DNA of 39,362 nucleotides from a virus (Duplodnaviria; Caudoviricetes), in IMG/VR virus record IMGVR_UViG_3300049732_000090, positions 1 through 39,362 of that record. One strand, 5' to 3'. The position numbers and the translations under genes are program-made. A model generated the notes under the pieces. It had not been told where the DNA came from. It ran no database searches and was given only the letters and a program-made list of their open reading frames with translations. Shown piece after piece: positions 17,032 to 25,035 of the stretch. Every line of letters starts with the position of its first letter. The stretch's first letter is position 1.

Positions 17032-20000
17032 GAAGAAAAAACCGAAACAGGATGTGACCAAATACGCGATGTCGATGCATTTCGGCATCTGCGCCGGCCC
17101 GGTCGAATACCTGTCGAATATCTTCATCGCTGAAAAACCCGCTTGGCCGGCGGCCACTCCGGTGCTGTGGACGGTTGGCGGAACCGCCGTTCTCAGGAAT
17201 GACAATCTGTTCGGCGGCCTGAAGAAAGAGGGCGGCGTCGACGGCAATGTCACCTGGATGCCGGGAACCGCGACCCAAGTGATGCCGGAAACCCTGGCTG
17301 CCAAGCACGGCCGCACCTCGGCGACCATGCCGGCCTATCGCGGCATCGCCTCGATTTTCTTCGCCAATCGTCCCGGCCAGGACATGCGGGGCTTTTACTG
17401 GCAGGCCAACTCGCCCTATCTGCCCGGCGTCTGGTGCGAGATCGGCCGCGCCTCGATCGGCCTTCCGGCGGCCTATGCCAAGATCTTTCGGTCGGGCGGC
17501 GGCACGCTGACCGATCCCGGCGTGAGTTTCGGGACACTCGGCACCGGCAACGATCCCTATCAGTGGGATAGCAACGGCGACTGGTGCGTTCGTGGCGCCG
17601 GAACCGCACAGGTGTTCACGCTGCCCGGCGGCGAATCGCGCACCATCGCGGTCAGCGACAGTTCGCTGGACGGCGGCACCGTCCATATCACCGACGACGG
17701 CGAGCTGTTCCGCCGCATCGGCGGCGACGGAACCGGCTCGGCGCCGACGTTTTTCGAGATCCGCAATCTGCACGATTCCGACATGGCGGTCAGCCAGTCG
17801 ATCAGCCTGAAGGCGGCGGTCCTCGCGGCCGGCGCGTCAGCCGATCTGAATTTCGGCTTCGCGATGGATGACATCCTGATCGGCGCCACGCGCTATGCCC
17901 TGGCCTGGCTGGGACCAGCCGGCTCCGGCGGTCCGTGGATGCTGCTCAAGAAAAGTGGCGGTGGCGCCTGGGCGATCGAATGGACGCAGCCGCTGACCAT
18001 CACGGCGGGATCGCAGGCGATCGATGAACTGTCGATGGGGGCGACCTACGCCTATTGCCGCCGAAATGGCTATAACGACCTCGTGCTGGTGTGCTGGAAC
18101 GGCACCTTCTCGGCGGCGCACACGACGCCGCCCGGCATCGCCGGCCGCCTGGTGCGGGTGGCGCATTATGTCGAGGACACCGACGAGGTCGTCATCGTCT
18201 GCACCAATGGCGATATTCTCGTCTACGACGCCGCCATCACGACGCTCAAACGATCGAAGACGGGCAACGGGTCCGGCCTCGGTACGCCGGGCGGCATGCT
18301 GGCCAAGCGCATGGACCTCGGCGGCGGCCTGATCGCTCTGCCGGAAAAAGCGCCGACGGCCGTCGAATACATCCGCATTATCAATATCTCCAGCCTGACG
18401 TTTGACCGGACCATCACCATCGACACCTCGCCATTCGTCAATCCAGGCGTTGCCTATTCATGGTGCGGCATCAACAGGACATGGGGCGGCGCCTTCATGG
18501 CAACGCATCTCGGCGCCACCTCGTTCTGGTTTCTGATGCCGGCCGGCAAGTTCGATTCCAACCCGGCCCATATCATCTACGAGTGCCTCAGCAATCCCAA
18601 CTGGGGGATGGGCGCGCCGCCGAGCGCCATCGATTACGACGCCTTCGATGCGGCGGCCGTGGTGCTCTACTCTGAGACTTTCGGCCTGTCGATGATCTGG
18701 ACGCGGCAGAGCGCCATCGAGGATTTCATCCGCGAGGTGCTCGATCACATCGAGGCCACGCTGTTCGTCAATCCGCGCACCGGCCTGCTGACGCTGAAGC
18801 TGATCCGCAACGACTATTCGGTCCCGTCGCTGCCGGTCTTCACGCCGGACAATTCGACGGTGACGAATTTCAGCCGCAAATTATGGGGCGAGACGATCAA
18901 CGAGATCGTGGTCACTTGGACCAACCCGGACAACGAGGAAGAGGAAACCGTCGTCGCTCAGGATCTTGCCAACATCGAGGCGCAGGGCGGCGTGATCAGC
19001 GACGGCCGCAACTATTACGGCGTCCGCAACGCAAGCCTGGCGACCCGCCTGGCGCATCGCGATCTGAGATCAGCCTCGACACCGCTGGCCAAATGCGACC
19101 TGGAGGTCAACCGCACTGCCTGGGCGCTGTTGCCGGGCGACTGCTGCGTGCTGAACAGCCCGGAGGACGGCATCGATTCGATCGTCATGCGCGTCGGGCC
19201 GGTCGACTACGGCAAGCCCGGCGATTCAACGGTGCGCACCTCGCTGGTCGAGGATGTGTTCTCGCTGGCGCTGGCCGACTATTCGGAGCCGCCGGAATCG
19301 GAATGGACCGATACCTCGGAACCGCCATCGGCAGCCGACCACGCCGAGATCATCACGCTGCCCTATTACGTGACCGTCAATCTGGTCGATGCGTCGATCC
19401 TCGAGGGCCTCGACTATCCGGAAGTGTTCGCCGGCGTCCTGGCGGCCGAGGATGGCCAGGACACCGACACGTTTGAACTCTATGGCGAGGCGACCGATGC
19501 CGCCGGCGGCACCGGCTACGAGAACTTCGGCACCAAGACCATCGCCAGCCGCGCCACGCTGCCCGATGCGCTGTCGCCCGAGGTCGAGACGGTGATCCTG
19601 ACCTTTCCCGACCAGACGCAGGGCGACGGCCCGGTGGTCGGCGGTCTGATGCTGATCCAGGGCGATGACGAGACGGAGAGCGAAATCTGCCTGATCGCCG
19701 ATGTCGGCCTCAGCGGCTATACCTTTACGCGCGGCGTGCTGGATACGGTGCCGCGCGCCTGGCCGGCCGGCACGCCGGTGTGGTTCATCAATGCCGACAT
19801 GTCCTTTGTCGACGACATCGACATCCGGGCGGAAGGCGAGACGGTCAATTACAAGATACTGCTATCGACCTCGCAGGGCACGCTGGCCGAAGTCGCGGCG
19901 CCGGTGGAGAGCGCGACGATGACGGCGCGGCCGCATCTGCCGCTCAGGCCGGCGGATGTGAAGGTCGACGGTGATGATGGTTTTGCCGGCATTGTCGATT

Positions 20001-20359
20001 GCGTCGGCGTCAATCCGATCCCGGTCAGCTGGGCGCGCCGCAACCGGGAGACCGAAACCGCGGTCATCAAGGCATGGACGGATGGCGACGTGACGCCGGA
20101 AGCCGGACAGACCACCACGGTGACGCTGACCGATCTGGCAGGCGTGGTGCTCTTTACCTATAGCGGCATTGCCGGCACCTCGCAGGATGTCGACCCGGCC
20201 GATTTCGGCGGCGAAAGCGAGGGCTATATCGTGGTGTCGTCGGAGCGCGACGGGCTGGAGTCGCTGCAGGGCTACCGGATTCGTGTGCTGATCGAACACC
20301 TGACTGCCGACACCACCACCACGGCCGACACGACTGCCCACACAGCGGACGAGGCGTAA
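17024..20359 (+). CDS. Central tail fibre / host-specificity protein
   Basis: MGKKKK..Y.MS.HFGIC.GPV; LFGG.KKEGG; PAYRG; NPAHIIYECL.N..WGMG; LKLIRNDY; RGVLDTVP..W.AG; P.RPA.V.V; SWARRNR. Confidence 0.88.
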   Translation: MGKKKKPKQDVTKYAMSMHFGICAGPVEYLSNIFIAEKPAWPAATPVLWTVGGTAVLRNDNLFGGLKKEGGVDGNVTWMPGTATQVMPETLAAKHGRTSATMPAYRGIASIFFANRPGQDMRGFYWQANSPYLPGVWCEIGRASIGLPAAYAKIFRSGGGTLTDPGVSFGTLGTGNDPYQWDSNGDWCVRGAGTAQVFTLPGGESRTIAVSDSSLDGGTVHITDDGELFRRIGGDGTGSAPTFFEIRNLHDSDMAVSQSISLKAAVLAAGASADLNFGFAMDDILIGATRYALAWLGPAGSGGPWMLLKKSGGGAWAIEWTQPLTITAGSQAIDELSMGATYAYCRRNGYNDLVLVCWNGTFSAAHTTPPGIAGRLVRVAHYVEDTDEVVIVCTNGDILVYDAAITTLKRSKTGNGSGLGTPGGMLAKRMDLGGGLIALPEKAPTAVEYIRIINISSLTFDRTITIDTSPFVNPGVAYSWCGINRTWGGAFMATHLGATSFWFLMPAGKFDSNPAHIIYECLSNPNWGMGAPPSAIDYDAFDAAAVVLYSETFGLSMIWTRQSAIEDFIREVLDHIEATLFVNPRTGLLTLKLIRNDYSVPSLPVFTPDNSTVTNFSRKLWGETINEIVVTWTNPDNEEEETVVAQDLANIEAQGGVISDGRNYYGVRNASLATRLAHRDLRSASTPLAKCDLEVNRTAWALLPGDCCVLNSPEDGIDSIVMRVGPVDYGKPGDSTVRTSLVEDVFSLALADYSEPPESEWTDTSEPPSAADHAEIITLPYYVTVNLVDASILEGLDYPEVFAGVLAAEDGQDTDTFELYGEATDAAGGTGYENFGTKTIASRATLPDALSPEVETVILTFPDQTQGDGPVVGGLMLIQGDDETESEICLIADVGLSGYTFTRGVLDTVPRAWPAGTPVWFINADMSFVDDIDIRAEGETVNYKILLSTSQGTLAEVAAPVESATMTARPHLPLRPADVKVDGDDGFAGIVDCVGVNPIPVSWARRNRETETAVIKAWTDGDVTPEAGQTTTVTLTDLAGVVLFTYSGIAGTSQDVDPADFGGESEGYIVVSSERDGLESLQGYRIRVLIEHLTADTTTTADTTAHTADEA

Positions 20360-20363
20360 GAAA

Positions 20364-20843
20364 ATGGCACAGCAGACCATCAACATCGGCGCGGCACCCA
20401 ACGACGGCACCGGCGATCCGATCCGCGATGCCTTCGACAAGACCAACGACAACTTCACCGAGTTATACGCAGCATCGGCCGGCGGCGTCTTCGAGCTGAT
20501 CGTCGCCTGCTCCGACGAGACCACGGCGCTGACCACCGGCGCCGGCAAGGTGACGTTCCGCATGCCGGATGCGGTGACGCTGACGGCGGTGCGCGCCTCG
20601 CTGACCACCGCGCAGACCTCTGGATCCATCTTCACCGTCGACATCAACGAGGCCGGCGCCTCGATCCTGTCGACCAAGCTCACCATCGACAACACCGAAA
20701 AGACCTCGACCACGGCGGCGACGGCGGCGGTGATCTCCGACAGCGCGCTGGCCGACGACGCCGAGATGACGGTCGACGTGGATCAGATCGGCGACGGCAC
20801 CGCCAAGGGTCTGAAGATCACCCTGATCGGCACCCGCACATGA
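20364..20843 (+). CDS. Tail fibre adaptor with T4 gp9/gp10-like N-terminal motif
   Basis: MAQQTINIGAAPNDGTGDPIRDAFDKTNDNFTELY, followed by a beta-rich domain (ACSDETTALTTG...GLKITLIG). Confidence 0.75.
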   Translation: MAQQTINIGAAPNDGTGDPIRDAFDKTNDNFTELYAASAGGVFELIVACSDETTALTTGAGKVTFRMPDAVTLTAVRASLTTAQTSGSIFTVDINEAGASILSTKLTIDNTEKTSTTAATAAVISDSALADDAEMTVDVDQIGDGTAKGLKITLIGTRT

Positions 20844-21577
20844 GCATGCTCTTGAACCCGTACTGGTTCGGTGCAGCGGGCGCCGACCTCGATCCCTATT
20901 TCGGCCAGGTCGTACTTTTGCTTGGCGCGAACGGCGCCGATGGGTCGACGGCATTCGTCGATGAGAGCAGTTACGGTCGCACGCTGACGCCGGTCAACAA
21001 CGCACGGATGAGCACATCGCAGTTCAAGTTCGGCGTCTCGTCGGCATTCTTCGACGGGACGAACGACGCTGTCACGACGGCCGATCACGCCTCGCTCACC
21101 ATCGGCTCCAGCAACTTCACCATCGAGGCCTGGATCCGGCCTGCGGTGATCGGCGTTCTGCAGCAGATTGCCGGGCAGCGGGCACAATCCGGTATCGATT
21201 CGGACAATGGGTGGTCCTTCCTCATCCTCACCGGCGGCACGCTGGAATTCGCTTTCTGGGATACCGGCGGCACGCAGCGGGGATTCGCTTCGAGCGCCAC
21301 CGTCGCCGCCAACACATGGACCCATGTGGCGGTCGACCGGGACGCCACCGGCAAGTTCCGCGTCTATGTCAACGGGACGATGAGCGGCTCGGCGACCTTC
21401 ACCGGAGCGGACGGCACCATTCGGGACGTCAACACACCGTTCCGCATTGGCCTCAACGGCGCCAGCCAATTCGACTTCAACGGCCACATCGATGAAGTCC
21501 GCTTTACGGTTGGCGCCGCGCGCTATGCTTCCGACAGCGGCTTCAGCGTGCCGACGGCGGCGTTCCCGCGGAGCTAA
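20840..21577 (+). CDS. LamG / concanavalin A-like lectin domain receptor-binding protein
   Basis: LNPY.F; KFG.SS..FDG..D; FTIEAWIRP; NTWTHVAV.R; VYVNG; FNGHIDEVR.T.G.ARY...F..PTA.FP. Confidence 0.85.
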   Translation: MSMLLNPYWFGAAGADLDPYFGQVVLLLGANGADGSTAFVDESSYGRTLTPVNNARMSTSQFKFGVSSAFFDGTNDAVTTADHASLTIGSSNFTIEAWIRPAVIGVLQQIAGQRAQSGIDSDNGWSFLILTGGTLEFAFWDTGGTQRGFASSATVAANTWTHVAVDRDATGKFRVYVNGTMSGSATFTGADGTIRDVNTPFRIGLNGASQFDFNGHIDEVRFTVGAARYASDSGFSVPTAAFPRS

Positions 21578-22029
21578 TGAGTGCGCAGCCGCCGCCGACC
21601 AATGTCACCGCGGGCCTGGGTTTTCTGGAAAGGCTGACACCCAAGAATGCCGTGGCTATCCTTCTCCTGCTCTGTGGCCTGGTGCCGGCTTACGTGGTCT
21701 ATCGGCTGGTCACCGATCCCACCCTTCTGGATCGTTTCCTGTCAAGCTACGCCGTCGAGCCGACCAGCACCGCCTGCCGCCTCGTCAAGGCCAGGGAGCG
21801 GGGCGAAGATTATTCCTATGCCGTCACCACCGGCATCGCCTTCGAGGGCCAGACCCGATATTCGCTCGGCGCCGTCATGACCCACGAGCCGACCGAAGAG
21901 GAGCAGCAGACGCTGTGCGTCATCCTGCAGGCGATGATCGATGCCCTGCATGGGCTGGGCAAGCCGCCGGATATCATCTGGCAATACGAAGACATCCAGA
22001 GACGAGAGGGAGAAAAGGGTGCGCGGTGA
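21577..22029 (+). CDS. Single-pass membrane protein, possibly lysis-related
   Basis: Hydrophobic segment AVAILLLLCGLVPAYVVY near the N-terminus; coupled start; near the end of the late operon. Confidence 0.6.
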   Translation: MSAQPPPTNVTAGLGFLERLTPKNAVAILLLLCGLVPAYVVYRLVTDPTLLDRFLSSYAVEPTSTACRLVKARERGEDYSYAVTTGIAFEGQTRYSLGAVMTHEPTEEEQQTLCVILQAMIDALHGLGKPPDIIWQYEDIQRREGEKGAR

Positions 22030-22475
22030 GGCGACGATATGTTTTTATATTTCCGACTCTGCTGCTCGCCACCTGCTCGATGCAGACGGTGCGGCTGACC
22101 CGCGAACAGTGCCGTCTGCTCGAAAGATGGTACCCGAACACCTGTAACCTGGACTATGGCAGCCGACCCGCAGAACGCCGCAGCGAAGGCGGTACAGCGC
22201 GACCGAGCAACAGAGGCGGCAATGGTGCTGGAACCGGCAACCCTGCTCCTGGTGGGGCTGGCGGGGGAGCGGGCGGCGGCAATAACAATCCTCCTGGCGG
22301 CGGCTCTCCTCCTGCTGGCGGCGGTGGTGGCGGCAGTGAGCCACCCGGCAACGGAGGCGGCGGCCAGCCCGGCGGCGACCACAATAAAGGGCATGGGAAC
22401 GATCCCGGCCATTCGGACCCGGACAACCCCGGCCAGGGCAAGGGCGGACATGGACAGAAAGGAAAGCAGAAATGA
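22026..22475 (+). CDS. Putative lipoprotein with Gly/Pro/Asn-rich tail
   Basis: GTG overlaps the upstream stop; MRRRYVFIFPTLLLATC has a basic N-region, hydrophobic core and lipobox-like LATC; low-complexity C-terminus. Confidence 0.55.
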   Translation: MRRRYVFIFPTLLLATCSMQTVRLTREQCRLLERWYPNTCNLDYGSRPAERRSEGGTARPSNRGGNGAGTGNPAPGGAGGGAGGGNNNPPGGGSPPAGGGGGGSEPPGNGGGGQPGGDHNKGHGNDPGHSDPDNPGQGKGGHGQKGKQK

Positions 22476-22663
22476 TTGAAGCTCTGATTTCGCTGCTGAT
22501 CGTGGTGCTGGTGGTCGGCCTCGTTGCGTGGATCATCATCTACTGCGTCGAACTGCTGCCGCTGGAAGCCAACTTCAAGCAGATCGCGCGCGCCATCATC
22601 CTGGTGATCGCTGTGCTGGTGATCCTGCTGCGGGCACTGCCGCTGCTCGGAATTGCCGTCTAG
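22472..22663 (+). CDS. Small two-TM membrane protein (holin candidate; Thivi_2564-like)
   Basis: 63 aa, two hydrophobic helices separated by LPLEANFKQIAR; last gene of the late operon. Confidence 0.7.
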   Translation: MIEALISLLIVVLVVGLVAWIIIYCVELLPLEANFKQIARAIILVIAVLVILLRALPLLGIAV

Positions 22664-22667
22664 GAAA

Positions 22668-22825
22668 TGGACATGACTGGATGGGATTCGAACCCATGGT
22701 CGCCGACCTTAGCAGCGAACCATCTCCGAGAGAGGTTCTGCGGTTGTTAATCCGCAGCGATACCAGTACGACCTAAATGCTGCGATCGCTCGCATCATCG
22801 TCTAACTGGCCTACGCAATCATGCC
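22668..22825 (-). ncRNA. Expanded tRNA-like structured RNA (158 nt)
   Basis: Minus strand: 5' GGCAUGAUUG pairs with 3' CAGUCAUGUC; perfect T-arm AUGGG-UUCGAAU-CCCAU; ends in CCA; several internal hairpins. Confidence 0.6.
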
Positions 22826-22853
22826 ACTCACAACATAGGCCAAGAAAATCCAG

Positions 22854-22900
22854 AAAAAAACCGGCGGCGAGGAAAAGGGGCTTCAACCCTCGCCGGCCGG
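22854..22900 (-). terminator. Intrinsic terminator of the 22950-23381 gene
   Basis: Minus strand CCGGCCGGCGAGG...CCUCGCCGCCGG followed by U7. Confidence 0.75.
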
Positions 22901-22949
22901 TGAATTGGCAGGTCTTGATGGATCCCACCACGAGCATCCCTATAGCATA

Positions 22950-23381
22950 CTAATATTGCGGGCCGAGCAGTGCCCGCTTGACGATCATCAGGTTCACGGC
23001 GCGATTTCCCCAGGCCTTGACCTTCTTCACCTTCGCCGAGTACTGAGTTGCCCTCTCGAATGCCGCCCATCTGGCTGGCGTGTTGGCGCAGCGTGAGCGG
23101 ACCATCTGGCCGAAGCCATCGGCGCGATAGCCAAGGATTTTGACGTCATTGATAATGCCGCCATAGAGGCTATCCGGCGCTATTGCAGCCATCTCTTGGG
23201 CGGCCTGCCAGCGGGCCGTGATATCGTCCTGCTCGGCCTTCAGTGCCCACGCGGCCGATTGGCATGGCTTCATCCAGGGTGTACGCGCAGCAAAGGCGGT
23301 GACAGTCATCTCGGCAAAAGCCGGCGTGGCGACGGCCGCAGCAATGGCAGCAGCGAATGTGATAGAAAGGATTTTAGGCAT
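22950..23381 (-). CDS. Exported protein, moron next to attP
   Basis: Sec signal MPKILSITFAAAIAAAVATPAFA with A-F-A cleavage site; CAGGA RBS; own promoter and terminator. Confidence 0.75.
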   Translation of the reverse strand: MPKILSITFAAAIAAAVATPAFAEMTVTAFAARTPWMKPCQSAAWALKAEQDDITARWQAAQEMAAIAPDSLYGGIINDVKILGYRADGFGQMVRSRCANTPARWAAFERATQYSAKVKKVKAWGNRAVNLMIVKRALLGPQY

Positions 23382-23449
23382 TTCGAACGGTCCTGTCGTT
23401 TGAGATGTTTAGCGGTTCGTCCGGTCTCAACACCGGACGGGCCGTGCTG

Positions 23450-23479
23450 ATTCTAGTCATGTCAAGCGATTACGATCAA
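23450..23479 (-). promoter_or_regulatory. Putative sigma70 promoter of the moron
   Basis: Minus strand TTGATC-18 nt-TAGAAT. Confidence 0.5.
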
Positions 23480-23545
23480 TCTGTCTCCTTTGCTTTCCGG
23501 TGCCAAAGACTTGTGATGCGATGCCAAGATCGATTGGCGGGTACT

Positions 23546-23706
23546 GCGGGACGCTAACGGAACCTTTTGGAAACGGCGGGCGGGACAGCGTCTTATAAGT
23601 TATTGATTTTGCGTTGATCAAATCTCGACCAATGGGAGATTTTGTCTTAACAAGCTCAATGCTTTGTATTCCGCCGTCCCACACCGTCCCACTTTTGCCG
23701 TCCCAC
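23546..23706. other. attP: attP-like site (arm sites, IHF site, core inverted repeat)
   Basis: CCGTCCCAC x3 (23674, 23684, 23698); inverted GCGGGAC x2 (23546, 23580); TAAGTTATTGATT IHF consensus (23596-23608); AAATCTC-N9-GAGATTT (23620-23642); abuts the integrase stop. Confidence 0.75.
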
Positions 23707-23707
23707 T

Positions 23708-24847
23708 TCATTTCACCACCTTCAGGTCCGGCTTGCGGATCGCCTGCTCAAGTGCGGCCATCTTGCGCATCCCCTTCACCGCCAGCCGCTTCTTGTCGGC
23801 ATCCCTGGTGTAGAGCGCCGCATGCTCGATGCTGGCATGGCCAAGCACTTCCATGATTTCGCGCGTCGTGGCGTCGGCCTCGGCCAGCTTGACACCCAGC
23901 GCCTTGCGCAGACCGTGCATCGAATAGCCAGCCGGGATGCCGGCCTTGGCTGCCCAGTCGATCATCGCCTGCGTCAGTCCATTGTCGGAGAATGTGCGCC
24001 CGAGCCGCGACACCAGCACCCGTTCGGTCGAGCGGTCGAGCGGCGCCAGCGCCTGCGCCAGCATCGGCGTCAGCGGCAAAAACATCTCGCGGCCATACTT
24101 GTTGCGGCCCTTGTGCTGGACGAACTCGAAACCGTCGATCGTCAGCCGCTCGCCGTCGACCGTAAAGGTCTTGGTCTTCAGCTGGTCCCAGCGCAGCCGG
24201 GCGACGTCGCTGGCCCGGTTGCCGAGCCACAGGCCGAGCGCATAGGCGGTGCGCGGCGGCGTGCCGACCGGCCAGCGTCTCTCGAATGCGTCCATCATGT
24301 CTTCCGTCCATGCCGGCCAGCCATCGCGCGGCGGATTGTATTTCAGGGTCGAGGTCGGATCGGCGTCGATCCACTCCTCCTCGATCGCCGTCATGATCAG
24401 CTTGCGGATCGCCTTCAAAGCCACCCTTGCCGCATGCGGCGTCTCGGCCATCGTTTCCAGGTAGGCTTTGACATGCTTGCGGCGCAGTTCGGCCACCGGA
24501 CCGTCGCCCCATGGCTGGCCGCCGTCGGTGTGAGACAGGAAGTTCTCGATGTGACGGGCATCGCGGGTCTTGGTGCGATTGTCCAGCCGCTCCCAGCCGT
24601 CCATCTTCTTCAAGGCGAGATAAGCGGCACGCAGCGATTCCGGCAGCGCGGATCCCGGCAGCCGGACAAGTTGGCCAGGCTTCGGGATTAGCTGGCCATA
24701 GACGGCCGCCTCGTAGGCGTGGTCGAACTCCGGCGAATGCGGCTCTCCCGGCAGCAGGAACTCACGGTGACCGCTCTTGCGAAAGCGCCATCGCTCTCTG
24801 CCGTTGTGGAGTTTCAAAGAGACGTGTGGATAGTCAGGGTGCTTCAT
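23708..24847 (-). CDS. int: Tyrosine integrase
   Basis: G.R.SDV..L.W, K, SMHGLRKA, LGH....A.LYT catalytic residues; N-terminal arm-binding domain (WRFRK...LPGEP.SPEF..AY). Confidence 0.95.
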   Translation of the reverse strand: MKHPDYPHVSLKLHNGRERWRFRKSGHREFLLPGEPHSPEFDHAYEAAVYGQLIPKPGQLVRLPGSALPESLRAAYLALKKMDGWERLDNRTKTRDARHIENFLSHTDGGQPWGDGPVAELRRKHVKAYLETMAETPHAARVALKAIRKLIMTAIEEEWIDADPTSTLKYNPPRDGWPAWTEDMMDAFERRWPVGTPPRTAYALGLWLGNRASDVARLRWDQLKTKTFTVDGERLTIDGFEFVQHKGRNKYGREMFLPLTPMLAQALAPLDRSTERVLVSRLGRTFSDNGLTQAMIDWAAKAGIPAGYSMHGLRKALGVKLAEADATTREIMEVLGHASIEHAALYTRDADKKRLAVKGMRKMAALEQAIRKPDLKVVK

Positions 24848-24858
24848 TTCCTTCCCCT

Positions 24859-25035
24859 CTATGGATCGAAGCTCGGTTCTTTTTTGGGTGGCATGGCAGG
24901 AGTGATTTCATTTGTCTCAGGAATAAAGATCACCTCGCCTTCGCGCGCCTTGATCTTCAGATGCACGCCGGCCTTCGCCGCGCCTTTCAGGATCGCGGTG
25001 ATCTGCTTCTGCGTCACGGCGAGCCGATTGCTCAT
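24859..25035 (-). CDS. 58-aa putative recombination directionality factor (absent from the ORF track)
   Basis: MSNRLAVTQKQITAILKGAAKAGVHLKIKAREGEVIFIP...; directly upstream of int, ATG overlaps the upstream stop; resembles small genes preceding rhizobial integrases. Confidence 0.6.
   Translation of the reverse strand: MSNRLAVTQKQITAILKGAAKAGVHLKIKAREGEVIFIPETNEITPAMPPKKEPSFDP

Noticed and set aside
21447-22025. 5' extension of the 342-aa ORF 21447-22475
   Set aside because: Overlaps two better genes; GTG 22026 with a signal-like N-terminus is the likely start.
22668-22700. T-arm as a canonical tRNA gene or tRNA-derived attP core
   Set aside because: CCA lies 10 nt after the T-arm instead of 8, there is no normal D-loop GG, and a better attP with arm and IHF sites lies next to int; kept as a tRNA-like RNA instead.
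23674-23706. CCGTCCCAC repeats as a mini-CRISPR
   Set aside because: 9-bp units with 1-5 nt gaps fit integrase arm sites.
23822-24691. 289-aa + strand ORF over the integrase
   Set aside because: Mirror frame of int with no protein-like features.
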